This document shows, piece after piece, positions 9,295-22,239 of a stretch of DNA of 64,000 nucleotides; position 1 is the stretch's first letter; the number at the start of each line of letters is the position of its first letter. The position numbers were made by a program, and so were the translations under genes. This stretch comes from Phaeosaccion multiseriatum (Eukaryota; Protista; Ochrophyta, other classes): NCBI GenBank assembly GCA_965112735.1, contig OZ218963.1:2852001-2916000 (forward strand). Reading direction: 5' to 3'. Below the pieces are notes generated by a model. The model made no database searches and was not told where the DNA came from. It saw only the letters and a program-made list of their open reading frames with translations.

Positions 9295-12200
9295 ATGGCC
9301 TCCCTGCCCAATCAGACGGGGGGTGCCAAGAGAAGGGTCTCCTACTTTTATGACTGTAAGTGGAGGCATTCGGCAAGAAGGGACGGGAGTGACGCTTAAC
9401 AGAGTACTTTCTCTTTGGGCTGGGCTATTGGTGTCCCGGAGACACGCTCCCGCAGCTGGGCCCGTCTGTGTGGGCTGCACCCCTTCAATTACTCTAACCT
9501 CTTGCTTCGTTCCCTGTAAAGAGTCACCCTTTGGGTGCTAAGAGATATGCCAGATAGTACCCATCTGCTGTACTTTTGCAGGGCTGGGTGTTGGTCGGAT
9601 AGCTCTGGGCAGCTAAGTCCTTTTGTGTCCTCTGTTCATCTGTGGTGTTTGCCCCGCAAGTCTTGTCTTCGAAGGGAGAGGCTATGCTAGGTTTGACTCA
9701 ACGGGTCGTTGACACCGCTTTTCATTTGCTAGGCCCCCTGACACTTGAGGGTGTTTTTTTTAATCGCCCCTGCCCTGTGTTGCTGCTTGCCCTCTGCTGC
9801 TGCTGCTGTTGCCACATTGAACCTGTGGAAATCGTCACAGCCGAGATTGGCAACTATCACTATGGGCAGGGCCACCCCATGAAACCACACCGCGTTCGAA
9901 TGACTCACAATTTGGTTGTGAACTACGGCCTGTATCGACAAATGGAGGTCTGAAATGAAAGGAGAGGAAGAGGAGCGAGGGAGAAGGAGAGGGGGGAGAG
10001 CCTCAATGGGGAGCGTGCAAGCCTCGTTCCGCAAGTCGAGTTTCTCCTCCGTCCGTTATGGCCTGCGTCTTTGCTGTGAACGCTCCCAATCGCTTCCCCT
10101 CCTTTTTGCCTCCTTACTCCCCTCCCCCCCTCCCCGCTCGTTGTGCAGGTGTTCCGACCCAAGCCAGTGTCTGCCGCTCAAATGACGCGTTTTCACAGTG
10201 ACGACTACATCAACTTTCTCCGGATTATATCTCAGGTACCGCATGGAGGAAGGAGGGGGGGGAGAGGTGGAGGGGCGTGAAGTTGAGTTTTAAGCATGAG
10301 ACAGAACGCCTTCCGTGAAAGCGCACAAACACAGTCTCAGTGTATAGCACATGGCCATTGCCCGTGTTTGAACAGGATAACATGCAGGATTACTTGCGGC
10401 AGCTGCAGCGCTTCAATGTGGGGGAGGATTGTCCTGTATTTGACGGCCTGTATGAGTTCTGCCAGCTCTACACTTCAGGCTCCATTGGAGGCGCCGTCCG
10501 GCTCAACAGGCAGCAGAGCGACATTGTCATCAACTGGGCGGGGGGGCTGCATCACGCAAAGAAGAGCGAGGCCAGCGGATTCTGGTGAGCAATGTGCTCT
10601 GTTCCTGCCTGTGAGGATCACATGAAATCCTCCACCAATCCCTCTCTATATGTACCGCCTGTGTCCCTGAATTCTCCCTGTTTCAGTACAGGTATCTCTT
10701 CCTCTTTCACCAACCGCGGCCTGACTTGTCTCTCGTGCTGGTGCTCTCTTCAACTCGTGACCCCTCCTTTTTGTTGTTGCGACGCAGCTATATTAACGAT
10801 TGCGTGCTGGCCATTCTCGAGCTGCTCAAGAAGCATGAGCGCGTGCTTTACATCGACATTGACATTCATCACGGAGACGGCGTGGAGGAGGCGTTTTATA
10901 CTACAAATAGAGTCATGACGGTCTCTTTCCACAAGTTTGGAGAGTACTTCCCAGGCACAGGGGACGTGAAAGACATTGGGTATGGCGAGGGGAAGAACTA
11001 CGCCATCAACTTCCCCTTACATGTGAGTGTGGGTGTGTGGGTGGGGGGGATGGGCGGACCTTCGAGAGTGGTGAGGAGCCGAGTGGGAAGGTAGAGCAGG
11101 GGGGGGTAAGAGAAGGAAAGGGGCAGAGGATGGACTTGCAAGACTGGGAAGGTTTTATACTTGAGTGGCGTCCGGCAGAAGAGTCATGACAGTCTCCCCT
11201 CCCTGCGTCCCCCTCTCCCGTGTGTGTGCGTGTGCACGCGACAGGACGGGATCGACGACGCGAGCTACCGGAGCATCTTCCGACCGGTCATCGAGAAGGT
11301 CAGTGAGAGTCAGTTAGTCAGTCAGTCAGTCAGTCAGTCAGTAGGCGCCATTCCCCTACGTAACATCTTTCCCACCCACTCGAAGAAGGTGTCAGCAGTT
11401 TTTCACTGGGGGGCAACCAACTGGGCCTGAGCCTTTTGCCAAATGAGGTGAAGAAGTGTCACCTCGTGATGCGAAAGCCACTTCCTCCCCATCTATTTAC
11501 CTGCCCTGCCCATCGGCTCGGCGCCCAATGAACGACTCTGGGGGTTTCCAGTCTCGGGTGGTTAGAAATGGTCCTTGCTAGAGCCTTTGACGATTGTCCT
11601 CACTGCTCGCTCCCATCCCTCAGGTGATGGAACACTTTCGCCCAGGGGCCATCGTTCTGCAGTGTGGCGCAGACTCGCTCTCAGGCGACCGGCTGGGCTG
11701 CTTCAACCTGTCCCTCAAGGTAGGAGGCTTGGGACTAACGCCTTTGCTCCTAAAAAGTATCAGTGTTTCTCATCCTTCCACTTTTTTTGCACGTACGGAG
11801 GTCCGAGAGAGGCACACAGCCATACCATACCAATATTGTTCCTCCTCCTGCTCCTCCTCTGGATCCTTCTCCGCCACCATCAGGGTCACGCAGACTGCGT
11901 GTCTTACGTGCAGAGCTTCGGGATCCCCATGCTCGTCCTCGGGGGCGGGGGATACACTCTACGCAACGTGCCGCGCTGCTGGGCCTACGAGACCTCAGTG
12001 CTGCTCGACACGGAGATTAAGGACGCTTTGCCCTACAACGACTACTTTGAGTACTTCGGACCAGGTCAGCGTCGAAAGGAGGGAGGCAGGCAGGCAGAGA
12101 CAGGGGGCCTGAGACGGACGTAGAATAAGGCAGTGATGAGGGAGAGGAGCATCTGCTGTGTGGGGTACGCCCCCTCTCCTATGTGCGTCAGTCACGACGG

Positions 12201-12765
12201 GGAATTGCTTTACGTGTGGCATCGATGCTTTTTAATGCCTCACACCTCCTGTCCAGCCTACCAGACTGCGGCTCGGGACCCTTACCAATTCCTGCTTTGG
12301 TCGCCTCTCCCGCCCTCTCTAATCCTCCACAGACTACCGCCTGCACATGCCTGTGTCCAACATGGAGAACATGAACAGTCGCAAGCAGCTCGAGGACATC
12401 ACCAGAGAGCTCCTGGAGATTCTGCGCAGCATCGAGGTAAGGGAGGGGAGGGCGTGGAGGAAGCGCAGCGAGCCAAGGGTCCGGTCCGTTCAGCACCGAA
12501 GTGCTGGTCATGTTGTTGTAACCGAATTTGTTTTGTTTGTTCGGTTGACTCAAAACAGGCGGCACCCGGCACGCAGATCAAGACGGGGCAGCCGGGAACG
12601 CAGCAAGCGCCCCCAATGCTCGAGCACGAGGGGGGCGAGGACGAGGATGACGCCGATAAGCGACCGAGCAAAGAAGGCAAGAGAGAACACCCTGCAGAGG
12701 CGGCAATGACAGGCTCCAAGGAGGACGCAGGGGCGGAGGGCGAAGCGATGGACACGGGCACGTGA
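9295..12765 (+). CDS. Class I histone deacetylase (RPD3/HDAC1-like)
   Basis: Exon 1 9295-9355 ([20 protein letters not shown]) splices to 9841 ([18 protein letters not shown]); [53 protein letters not shown] and LGGGGYT motifs; about 10 exons. Confidence 0.97.
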
Positions 12766-13748
12766 GGCGTGCGTGTATGCGTGTATGCGTGTGTGCGTGC
12801 ATGCGGGCGTGCGTGTGTGGAGCGGGAGCGAGGCTGAGAGGATGCGATAGGAGAGTGGCAACAGAGCCCGTACAGAATGGCGAATATAGCGGTGGCAAGC
12901 AGCGGAAACTTGGTGAACGATACCGAATCGCTCGCTCCCCCCTTCCGCCCGCATATTCCGCAACTTCTTTAGAGAGGCACCCTCTCTTTGCTTGGCTGAA
13001 GGGGGGTGGGGTGTGCCGTCCGGTAGACGTGTCGATAAGCTGGGGAATATTTTATACAGAAACCCGTAGACTCCCTTCTCCTTTTAGTTGGAACGGGATT
13101 GGCTCCGTTTGCTTGCGCACCATGCGAAGGCGCCGTCATCGCCGTCATCGCCGTCGTCCACTCTCGAGGGCCTCGCATGCATTCGCTCCATTCTTCCAGT
13201 CTGCAAAATGTGCGCCCTTGAAAGGCTGGATGGGAGAAGGAGTGGGGCAGAGATAGGTGCCTGAGGAGAGGCTGGCGGCCGTGACAGGAGGAACCGGTCG
13301 CCAAACGTAGCTTCCCTGCTCCATGCTGCGCTCTGCTGCGCCCTGCCCTCCTCGTCCGCTCCTTCCCTTGCTCTTCCTCTCTTTAGGCCTCCCTCCTTTC
13401 GTGCGTCGCTGCTACCGGTCCGAGTGAGCCTGAGCTGCCAAGACAGGGTATCAGCGATCACACGTCTCTGTCAGTGTTGTACACACTGCGCAATGCCCAC
13501 CCTTTGCGCTCTCGGGCCGACTCGACGAAAACAGAAATGTTTTCCCTTGATGGTATGGTTCAACACGCCTAGGTGTGTTAGGGCCGGTGGGGCGAGTTGA
13601 GGGGGGGGGGGAGGGCAGGCCACTGCTGGTGGGCTGAGATCAAGGAAACTCCCCATCGTCCAGTCCAGTCATTGCTCTCCCCAGACTTGTCCTGTTGCGT
13701 CATCGTTCGGACTACAATGTAGGCCTCCGCCGTTTCCAGGCCCGCTGT

Positions 13749-15576
13749 TTAATATGCCGCAGCTTCGTCTCCACCACCACCACCAATTGGTGGTACAGCC
13801 CCAGTTTCCGCGAACGGCCCCACGACCCTTCGATTCGGCAGCATGCCGTGCTCCTTCGCGTAGGTTGCGAGGCCCAGAGTCCCCTCCAAAGCGGCGAGTA
13901 GCTGACTGTCGTCCGTTTGGATCTGTCGGGAGAGCAGCAATGCTCTCTGCTCTAATTCCCATCGCTCGTGCGGGTCGTGCAGAAGACGCGCAATGGCAGC
14001 AGGCATGTCTGCGAGAGGGCTGAACAGCACTGCGTCTTTGTACATGGCGTCTACTTCAGGGTCGCCACTCGGCTCACTCACGATTGCTTTGCCTGTCCAT
14101 TTCGGTCATTCAGGAAGGGCAAAGTTGGGGGATGGGAAGGGGGGGGGGGTTGAAGAGTATATGAGCAGGCACGAGAGGCTACTCCAAAAAGGAAAAGAGG
14201 AGCTCACCACCAGCCCGACCCCCTACTTCCTTCCCTCCCCCCAGTCGGTCCTCAGCACTCACCCATAGCGAGGAGGTAGTGTACTCGATGCACCTCTAGC
14301 CCCTGCTCCGGTCGGTCGGCATGTATATTGAGTGCCACCTTGCAGTGCAAAATGACTTCATCCCTCAGCAGGCGATAACTCTCATCGTGACGATACAGAG
14401 TGTTGATGCCCATAGAAGGTCCCGTCTGCTGCAGCTCCTGGAAGAACACGTTACGCCGCTCCGTGCCCGTCCCCAGAAAGACCACGTCTTCCAAAATGTG
14501 GTGCACCCAAAAGGATGGGAAATAATAAGCAAAAAGGGTAGTATTGAGTGAGATACCGTCCTCCGGACGTTACTTCCCCATCTCTTCCCGTCTCTCCCCT
14601 CTCCTTTCCCACCTATGTTTCCACTCAAGCGACAAGCTCCCCGCCTCACACTCAGCACTCACCCAGAACTTGTCTATCAGGAGGCGTAGGTCTGGAGATG
14701 TTGGAAAAGGCGTACGGCTTATCGAGAACCCGAGGCTCCACCAGCACATCGATGGTCCACGCATAGACTCCGGCGTCCCGCAGCAGCTGCAATCGCGGTC
14801 AGAAAGCAAGCAGAGGGTGCTCACAATTGTACACGTGCATCCAAGCCTCCACGAGAGAGGTGGGATGGATGGGAAGGAGATTTGCCTATTCCTCTTTCGG
14901 CCCTTTAGTACCCACCTGTGTGTTTCCATTGTTGTACTCCCACACCGCCAGCGCCTGGCCCATCTTTTGCTGAAAGTGCTCGCTCCGCCACAAAGGGCTC
15001 CCCAACTCATGCTGCTGAACAATCACGTACCGGAACGGGGGAGGAAAGCTTAACCACTCGGAAGCCCCTCCTACAATGACGAATAATACCTGGAAAAGGC
15101 ACATCGCGGCGGGGAAGAGGGGAAGGGGGGTGAAGTCAAAACAAGCTTTTTTTTTTTCTTCGCAAACTCCACAGTCATCGCCACACAGCCAAACACGTCA
15201 CCTTGGGACTCTTCATGACTTCCGTCCAGTACACATCTTCGTTGACGACGGACACAAACACCGGCAGGCCTCGACCGGGCTCTTGCTGCAGCGCGTGTTG
15301 GATACCCAAAGCGGTCTCCTCGTAGAACGCGCCCTTGTGTAGGAGAAAGACCCTTTCGAAGCCCGCTCTCCACAGCTGCTTCAAAAGCTCTGATGGCGGC
15401 TCGCCTTCTCCTTTCTTCCTCTCACCCCTCTCCTGACTGCCGTCAGCCGCCACATCCACTCTCTCTAAGCCCTCAAAGCTGAAAGCAGCAGCAGAAATAC
15501 CAGAACCAAGCAAGTTTATCAATAGCAAAGGCCACTCCACGACCAGCAGCACCAGAAGCAGCACAAGCTGCCTCAT
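13749..15576 (-). CDS. Secreted/Golgi glycosyltransferase-like protein (YkvP/CgeB GT-B C-terminal type)
   Basis: Signal peptide MRQLVLLLVLLVVEW; exons with VWEYNNGN, DVVFLGTGTERR, RDEVILHCKVALNIH...LEVHRVHYLLAMG/KAIVSEPS. Confidence 0.65.
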
Positions 15577-15667
15577 TTTTCAAGTCCTCTCTTTCTCTTG
15601 GGGGGGGACCAAGAGTTGTTGGCTTATTCGTTCGCCGGCTTTGCAATTAATAATAAAAGTGGGTCGC

Positions 15668-17325
15668 ATGTCCTCGCTTGGGCAGGTGTGCGAGCTGGAA
15701 GGGCACAGCGAAGCGGTGTGGTGTGTAGCGTGGTCGCCCGATGGCACTTTGTTAGCCTCGTGCAGCTCAGACAAGACAGTACGAGTATGGGGTGTCGGTG
15801 GGAGCGGGACCTGGAGTAGCCAGGCCTCATGTGTAGCGGTGCTGGATGGAGCCCTGAGGACCGTCCGATCAGTAACTTGGTCTCCCTGTGGTGAGTGGAG
15901 AGTGGGGGTTGCATCCTGGTGGGTAATCCTTCGGAGGAGGCAGAGAGAAGTCTTTCGGAGCAGAGCGAGAGTCGTGCAGTGGTCGCCAAAGAGAATAAGA
16001 CTCGGACATGAGTGGTGGTGGGATTGCTTTCTTTAACATCTCACGTTACGTCCTACTGCTGCTTCGGTTCTGTTCGGGGCCCGCTTGCGTATCTATCCGT
16101 CGATGCGCGAGAAAGGTACCTACCTCGCGGCGGTGAGCTTCGACGGCACCTGTATCATCTGGAGCAAAATCACAGACGGTGTAGAAATCAGCTTTGACCT
16201 GTTGGTCACCCTGGAGGGCCACGAAAATGAGGTCAAATGCGTGGCTTGGAATAGCGAAGGAGACCTCTTGGCCACCTGTGGTAGGGACAAGAGCGTTTGG
16301 ATCTGGGAGGTGACAGATGAGCAGGAGTACGAGTGTGTGACAGTTCTCCATGGCCATTCGCAGGTCAGTACGGGAGGGAGGGACACCCGACCTACGATGA
16401 AGATGAAAGGGGTGGTTAGAATGGCAGTGGTAGCTTTAGCGGTAGTGCTATAATTTTTTCCGTAGCGGTGGTGGAGGTGGTGAGGGAGCCACGTCTTCTC
16501 TTCTGCTATATCGTGACTTGTGTACCTCCCCCCGCCCCCCTTGCGCTGCCCCTCTCAAAACTATCGTCGTGTTTCTCCACGCCATCGCTGCGGCTACCAC
16601 TGGCCTGGCCCGCGCCTGCTTGGTGGCCGACCACGCAGGATGTGAAGTATCTGGCTTGGCACCCCACGGATCGGACACTGTTCAGCGCGTCCTACGACGA
16701 TAGTATAAAGGTTTGGACGGAAGATTACGACGATTGGTACTGCAGTGAGACCCTCACGGGCCACGGGAGCACCGTGTGGAGCATAGCGGTGGAGGAGAGC
16801 GGAGGAGGCAATCGGATGGCGTCCGTGGGGGACGATTGCTCCTTGGTGGTGTGGAGGAGGGGAGACGGCGCAGGGGGGGGTTGTGGTGGTAGCAGTAGTA
16901 ATAACAGTAGCAGTAGGAGGGGGAGTAGTAGCGGAGACGGAGGAAAAGAGAACAAGTGGAGAGCAGCCTGTGCACTCCAGGGCAGTCACAAGCGGTGCGT
17001 GTACTCCGTCAGCTGGGCGGGAGGGGCAGCGGCGCCGCCGGACGAAGAAGGTCAGGCAGACAGAGCAACCATTGCCACCGGCGCCGGAGACAATTGCATT
17101 CGCGTCTTTCGGGAAGCAGACGGGAGCTCCCCACAGAGCGAGTCCCCCTCGTTCCTGCTTGATGTGGAGGTGAAGGAGGCTCACCAGGGCGATGTGAACT
17201 GCGTGGCCTGGAGGAGGGCTCCGGCAGAGAGTAACGACAGCGGCCCAGGGTTGCGACTGCTCGCCAGCGCGGGCGATGACGAGAAAGTTCGGATATGGAA
17301 CTTTACTCCCCCTGAAAGAGTTTGA
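15668..17325 (+). CDS. CIA1: Cytosolic Fe-S assembly WD40 protein CIA1/CIAO1
   Basis: [91 protein letters not shown]; 3 exons. Confidence 0.95.
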
Positions 17326-17536
17326 CCGGCCCCGTAAGTGAGGGATGGTAGGCCAGCAAATTTAAATTTAAATTTCATTTCAAATTTACGTAAGGTTATG
17401 TCACGTAAGCCAACAAGGAAGGGCGGTGAAGAGGCCCCTCACAGGAAAAGTGAAAAGTGTTATTAGAAAGCGAGTAATAAATTAAAGCTCCCTTACCTTA
17501 GCTGTCGCGGACTACACCAATACGTGGGAGGGAGAC

Positions 17537-18019
17537 ATGTCGCAGGAGATTGACCTCAGTCAGCTGTCCCTGGAGCAGCTCAATAGCATCAAAACCACAA
17601 CGGAGGAGGAGATTCAGGGCTTGACAGGGAACTATGCTGTGATGAGGGATGCGCACGCTCGATATAAGGAAAGCATACTGGCGGTAGAGGAGCTCGGAGT
17701 GAAGGCTGAGGACAAGTCAATCATGCTGCCGCTCACGCAGTCCATGTATGTGAGTGGGAGGATTGTGGAGGCGAACAAGATGCTGGTTGATGTTGGCACG
17801 GGGTATTACGTAGAAAAGGATCAGCAAGCCACGAGTGAATTCTTGGAGCGGAAGGCCAGCATGGTCTCTAATAACCTGGACAGTTTGAAGGACATGATCG
17901 ACATGAAGCGGAAAAACATTGAGACAATCGTCTCCATGATGAAGCAGAGAATGGCGCAGATTGAAGAGAAGAGGAGCGAGTATCTGGCGCAGCAAGAACG
18001 GGAAGGAGGCGCCAGCTAG
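17537..18019 (+). CDS. PFDN5: Prefoldin subunit 5 (alpha type), intronless
   Basis: IDLSQLSLEQL, IMLPLTQSMYVSG, MLVDVGTGYYVEK, FLERK. Confidence 0.95.
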   Translation: MSQEIDLSQLSLEQLNSIKTTTEEEIQGLTGNYAVMRDAHARYKESILAVEELGVKAEDKSIMLPLTQSMYVSGRIVEANKMLVDVGTGYYVEKDQQATSEFLERKASMVSNNLDSLKDMIDMKRKNIETIVSMMKQRMAQIEEKRSEYLAQQEREGGAS

Positions 18020-18194
18020 CACAAGACGAGCTGGGCTACTTTACATATTTACATACATTGATTTGATAAAGGCGTTTCAAATCTTTCTTCGAGGAAGGTG
18101 CAAACGACGAGTGACCAGGAGGAGGAGGAGGAAGGAGGAGGAATCAAGCACGAGACTCGTCGTGCTGAAAGCACGTTCTCCTCCCCATCTATTG

Positions 18195-18314
18195 TCATCT
18201 CCACACGTTCAGCTCGCCAGCCTTTGTGCAGGACACGAGCTGGCTGCCAAGCCAATGGCAAGCCATGACAGGCTGCCCTCCCCCCCCCTCCAGAATCGCT
18301 CCTACCCTTCCTCC

Positions 18315-18350
<36 letters not shown>

Positions 18351-20823
18351 CCCCCCTCCGCGCACTTCCCAAATGTACACTCCCCCGTCCGCAGAGCCCG
18401 CGGCGACATGGGTCCCTCCCGGGCTGAAAGAGGCCCGGCTGAAATGCGATGGTGTGCGGTAGTTGGCATGGCCGAGGTTGGCGACGACTTCGTAAGTCCG
18501 AAGGTCAATGACCTTGAGCGTGCCGTCCTGACCAATGGTGAGGAGGCTGTACTGACTGCCTGCTGCCGCTCCTCTCCCGCCGGGTGGAGAGAAGCGCACG
18601 CAGGTAACTTGGCAGTCGTAGAGGTGCTTGAGCGAGCGAGCGCGTTTGGAGGTGCGTAAGTCCCACATCCGCACGCCCCCGTCCACATGCCCGGAGACGG
18701 CAAGGTCGCCCATTGCGGCCATGTCCACGGAGTTCACCTGGGGGATGATGGGGGATGATCATTTCAAGACAAGGAATGAGAGAAATGATACGGAGAACGA
18801 GTCATCGAATGGTACGTACGGGGTGCTCAAGTCCATAAAAGAAGAGAAAAAAAGTGAATGACTTGTATCCCACACTACCATATGGCGTCGCTGGGAAAGC
18901 TCTCGACCTCGCGTCTCCTCCTGCTGCTACTGCTGTTGCTGCTACTGCTGCTGCTACTCCTAGCGAGACAGCACACCCCACGCACCTTCGACGTGGCCCT
19001 GAGTAGTGCAGGAGAAGCGCTCCACTGCTTCTCCAGATCAAAGAGCTTGATGGAGCAGTCGTGGCTGCCCGTCAGCACCGTGCGGCCACCGTTGCCAAAA
19101 GACACCGCCACCACACGCTGCCTGTGCCCCGTGAGATGGCCCATCTCCCTCCCCGTGCGGTGGTTCCACACCCGAGCGGAAGAGTCGCTGCATCCGGCGG
19201 CCACCAAGTCGCCGCAAAAGACCACCGCAAGCATCGCTACGGAGGCCGCCGAAGCCGACGACGCTTGCAGCATGGCGCACTGCCTTCCAGAGGTGGCATG
19301 CCAAATTTTTACCGTGCTATCATTGCTGGCGGTGGCGATCAACCCATCTTGCCCCTGGCCGGAACTTCCGCTGCTGTTCAGGCAAACGTCATTCACTCCC
19401 GCCTGGTGAGCCTTTACAGAAACACAGCAGCGACTGGGCACATGAACGGGGATGTCAATCCAATCGCGCCCAGCTGCTGATTCCTCTTCCGCTTGGTCTT
19501 GCTGGCGACCCTCCTGTTCGGAAGAGGCGCTGCTTCGCCTCGCCTCACGCGTTCTACTCCTCATCCATGCGCCCCACTGGGAAGGTATCTCCTTTGCCGC
19601 CTCGCCACCTCCTCCCCCCGCCTCTCTCGCTGCCTTCTGCGCCAAAGCCAACGCTCCCCGAAGAGCAGCAACCTCTTCATTGAGGCTATTCACTTCTTCG
19701 CCCAGCGCCATCTTGTCGAACACCATTCGGTCCGCTAATTGGGTATTTTCCTTCAGCGCGGTGTTCTTCGTGGATTCGGTCGCGTCCAAGAGCGAGCGTA
19801 GGCTCCTCATTTCGTCCAACTGAAGCTGTAGGGCGCTTTCTTGTTCGCTACACCTTCAACCATTGAGGGACCGCGAGAGGAGCCAAACGACAAGCCAACA
19901 CAAAACCTTTGAACTAACCATGGTCAAACGCACACGCAGCAGCTACTTTCCTCCCCCCACACTACACATACTAGTTGCAAGGGCGGGGGAGGGAATGGAG
20001 AATGGCGTGTGTGTGTGTGGAAGAGAAAGAACAGCCTAAGCCACGGGTTCGGGCAGAGCGGGCGAATATTAGCATCCCGTCACGCTATGAGAAGTGCACA
20101 GGAAGCTTCCCCACACACCACACCCACGAACACACAAACTTGCCTCCACACCTTGTCTCTAGGCCCTGCACTTGAGCCATCGTGTCGCCATGCTCCGCCT
20201 GCAGTTTCCCCAGCCGATCTTGGGCAAGGGCAAGCTCTCCCTCGAGCTGTTGACGCTCCTGCCAAGGTAGATGGGCGGATAAGGCATGGGGGAAACAGAA
20301 AGGGAATGAGGCGAGAGGGGAAGCAAAGTGAACAGGAGAAAGGAGAGGAAAGGAAGAAAAGAAAAAAAATGTAGGCATGTAGGCTTTCACCTTCATCAGC
20401 CTGAGATGATCGGAGGCTCTCTCCGCCTCCCCGCGGTACTTGTGGGTGACCTCCGAGTGCAGCTTGTTGAGCTCATCCTGCATGCGCTTCATCACGTCGG
20501 ACTTGGCCGCTCCGGCACCAGGGCCCGAGGCATCGGCCAGCTGCAAGAGGAACGAACATCCAACACGAAGTGAGGGAGAGCCATACAGACAACCAGAAGA
20601 GGAGGACGTGGGCTCTATGATCAAAGGTGTGGAGAGAGGGCCGCCCTACCTGTCGGCGTAGTACGATGACCTCTTCATCTGCCAGGATCGTTCTCCTCGT
20701 CACCCTCGTCAGCTCCCGATACAGTCGCTCTTGGGACTCGAATATGGGGCGGAAAGGGACCACCTCCCTTTTGTTGCGGCTCTGGACCGCCTCATGCAGC
20801 CACTGCTGCAGACGAAGCCCCAT
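18195..20823 (-). CDS. ATG16: Autophagy protein ATG16 (ATG16L1-like: N-terminal helix, coiled coil, WD40)
   Basis: WLHEAVQSRNKRE...F..I N-terminus; coiled coil LQLDE...LKENTQLADRMVFDKMALGEEVNSLN; WD40s LTGSHDCSIKLFDL, SGHVDGGVRMWDLRT, SFSPGGTHVAAGSADGGVYIW. The start could also be 20892 or 20919. Confidence 0.85.
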
Positions 20824-21099
20824 CACGTGAGACAAGCGTTCCGGAGCGGCGTTCCGGGGTGGAAAGCAACCGGAGAACCAACTCGCCAACATTGTCAACG
20901 ACCCTCTATCTCTTTTCATTAGGGGGCATTAATATACATTTTTATCTCTCTTTCCTCTCTTTCTCAAACGCTCTCCTCTTCTTTCTCTCTCCCTCTCTCC
21001 CTCTCTCCCTCTCTTAGATCTGTGCGCTCTATTCATTGCGCCTCCCTCTGTGCCTGTGATGTATCCGCCAAGTGCGCGACCTTCTTAAGAGTTCTCGCA

Positions 21100-21961
21100 A
21101 TGGGCCAAGTGTTTCAACGTATGCTTGATAGCTTCTACACGAAGCAACTCGAAGTTGTGCTCGTGGGGCTAGAGAATAGCGGCAAGACCACGTTGATGAA
21201 CGTACTTAGTAGCGGTGCACCGGTGAACACAACTGTGCCAACAATTGGACTCAATGTGAAGATGATCAAGAAGGGGGGGGTGCAGCTGAAGTGTTGGGAC
21301 GTCGGCGGGCAGTCTCAGTACCGGAGCGAGTGGGGCCGGTACATTCGCGGGTGCGATGTTATCATTTACGTGGTGGATGCCCACGCGATTGATCAAATCG
21401 CCCTCGCGCGGCGCGAGCTCCACAGGTGAGAAGGAGGAGAAGGCGGAGGAGGAGGAGAAGGAGGGGGAGGAGGAGGAGGAGGGGGTGGGGGAGGAGGAGG
21501 ATGACAACGATGAGTGACAAGTGGCACGAGGGTGTTTCGAAGCAAGACAGTAGGAGGAGAGGTGTGGGATATACGTCCTCAGTCCTCTCTCTGTTGCCTC
21601 GAGATGATCATGTGTGTCCGGTCATCCCATTCACGGTCTTGTTTCAAGAGAGAGGGAGAATGGAGAAAGGAGGAGGAGGTATACTCATATGTGGTCAGTC
21701 ATCTCACTCACGGCAAATGTTTCTCCTTGCAACTTGACCCCCCCCAGACTACTCGAAGACCGTGAGCTCGCTTCTACCCCAGTCTTGGTACTGGCCAACA
21801 AAATCGATCTGGAGCCCCACATAAGCGAGGCCGAGATGATCAGAGAGCTGAACTTGGACTATATGGCTGACAATCCGTGGATCGTTATACCCATCAGTTG
21901 CTTACGGATGGTCAACATTGACCAGGTGCTGCAATGGCTGGTTAAGCAGTCTCGCGGGTAA
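21100..21961 (+). CDS. ARL8: ARF-like small GTPase, ARL8-like
   Basis: GLENSGKTT, TVPTIGLN, WDVGGQ, ANKID, ISC...NIDQVLQWLVKQS; intron 21426-21747. Confidence 0.85.
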
Positions 21962-22239
21962 CCACCACTACTATTGCAATACAGTAGTTCGTTCATTGTT
22001 GATGAGCGCGTCTCGCCCTTTGCATCTAATGCCCAGTCTCAATCCTGGTGCAGAGTGTCGACGATTCGCTACACATCATACAGAGACAAGTGGTCGGCGC
22101 CAGCACAGCGCTCTGGATCGTTAAAACTCACGTGCGCCTCTCGAGTCCAAAACGGTGTCACGGTGGGGGGCGCTTAACCCCACTTTTCAACAAGCAAGAG
22201 CAGGCCCGGCCAGAAAGTCCCATCATGACGCCGGCGGTA

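Noticed and set aside
9300-9520. Apparent structured RNA (RNase P/MRP or telomerase-like) suggested by short complementary segments
   Set aside because: 9295-9355 is HDAC exon 1 and the rest is intron 1; there are no complete conserved motifs and the pairings are short.
12879-12961. Short hairpin in HDAC 3' region (SECIS or snoRNA?)
   Set aside because: Only about 12 bp of imperfect stem, no diagnostic boxes, and no in-frame TGA in HDAC.
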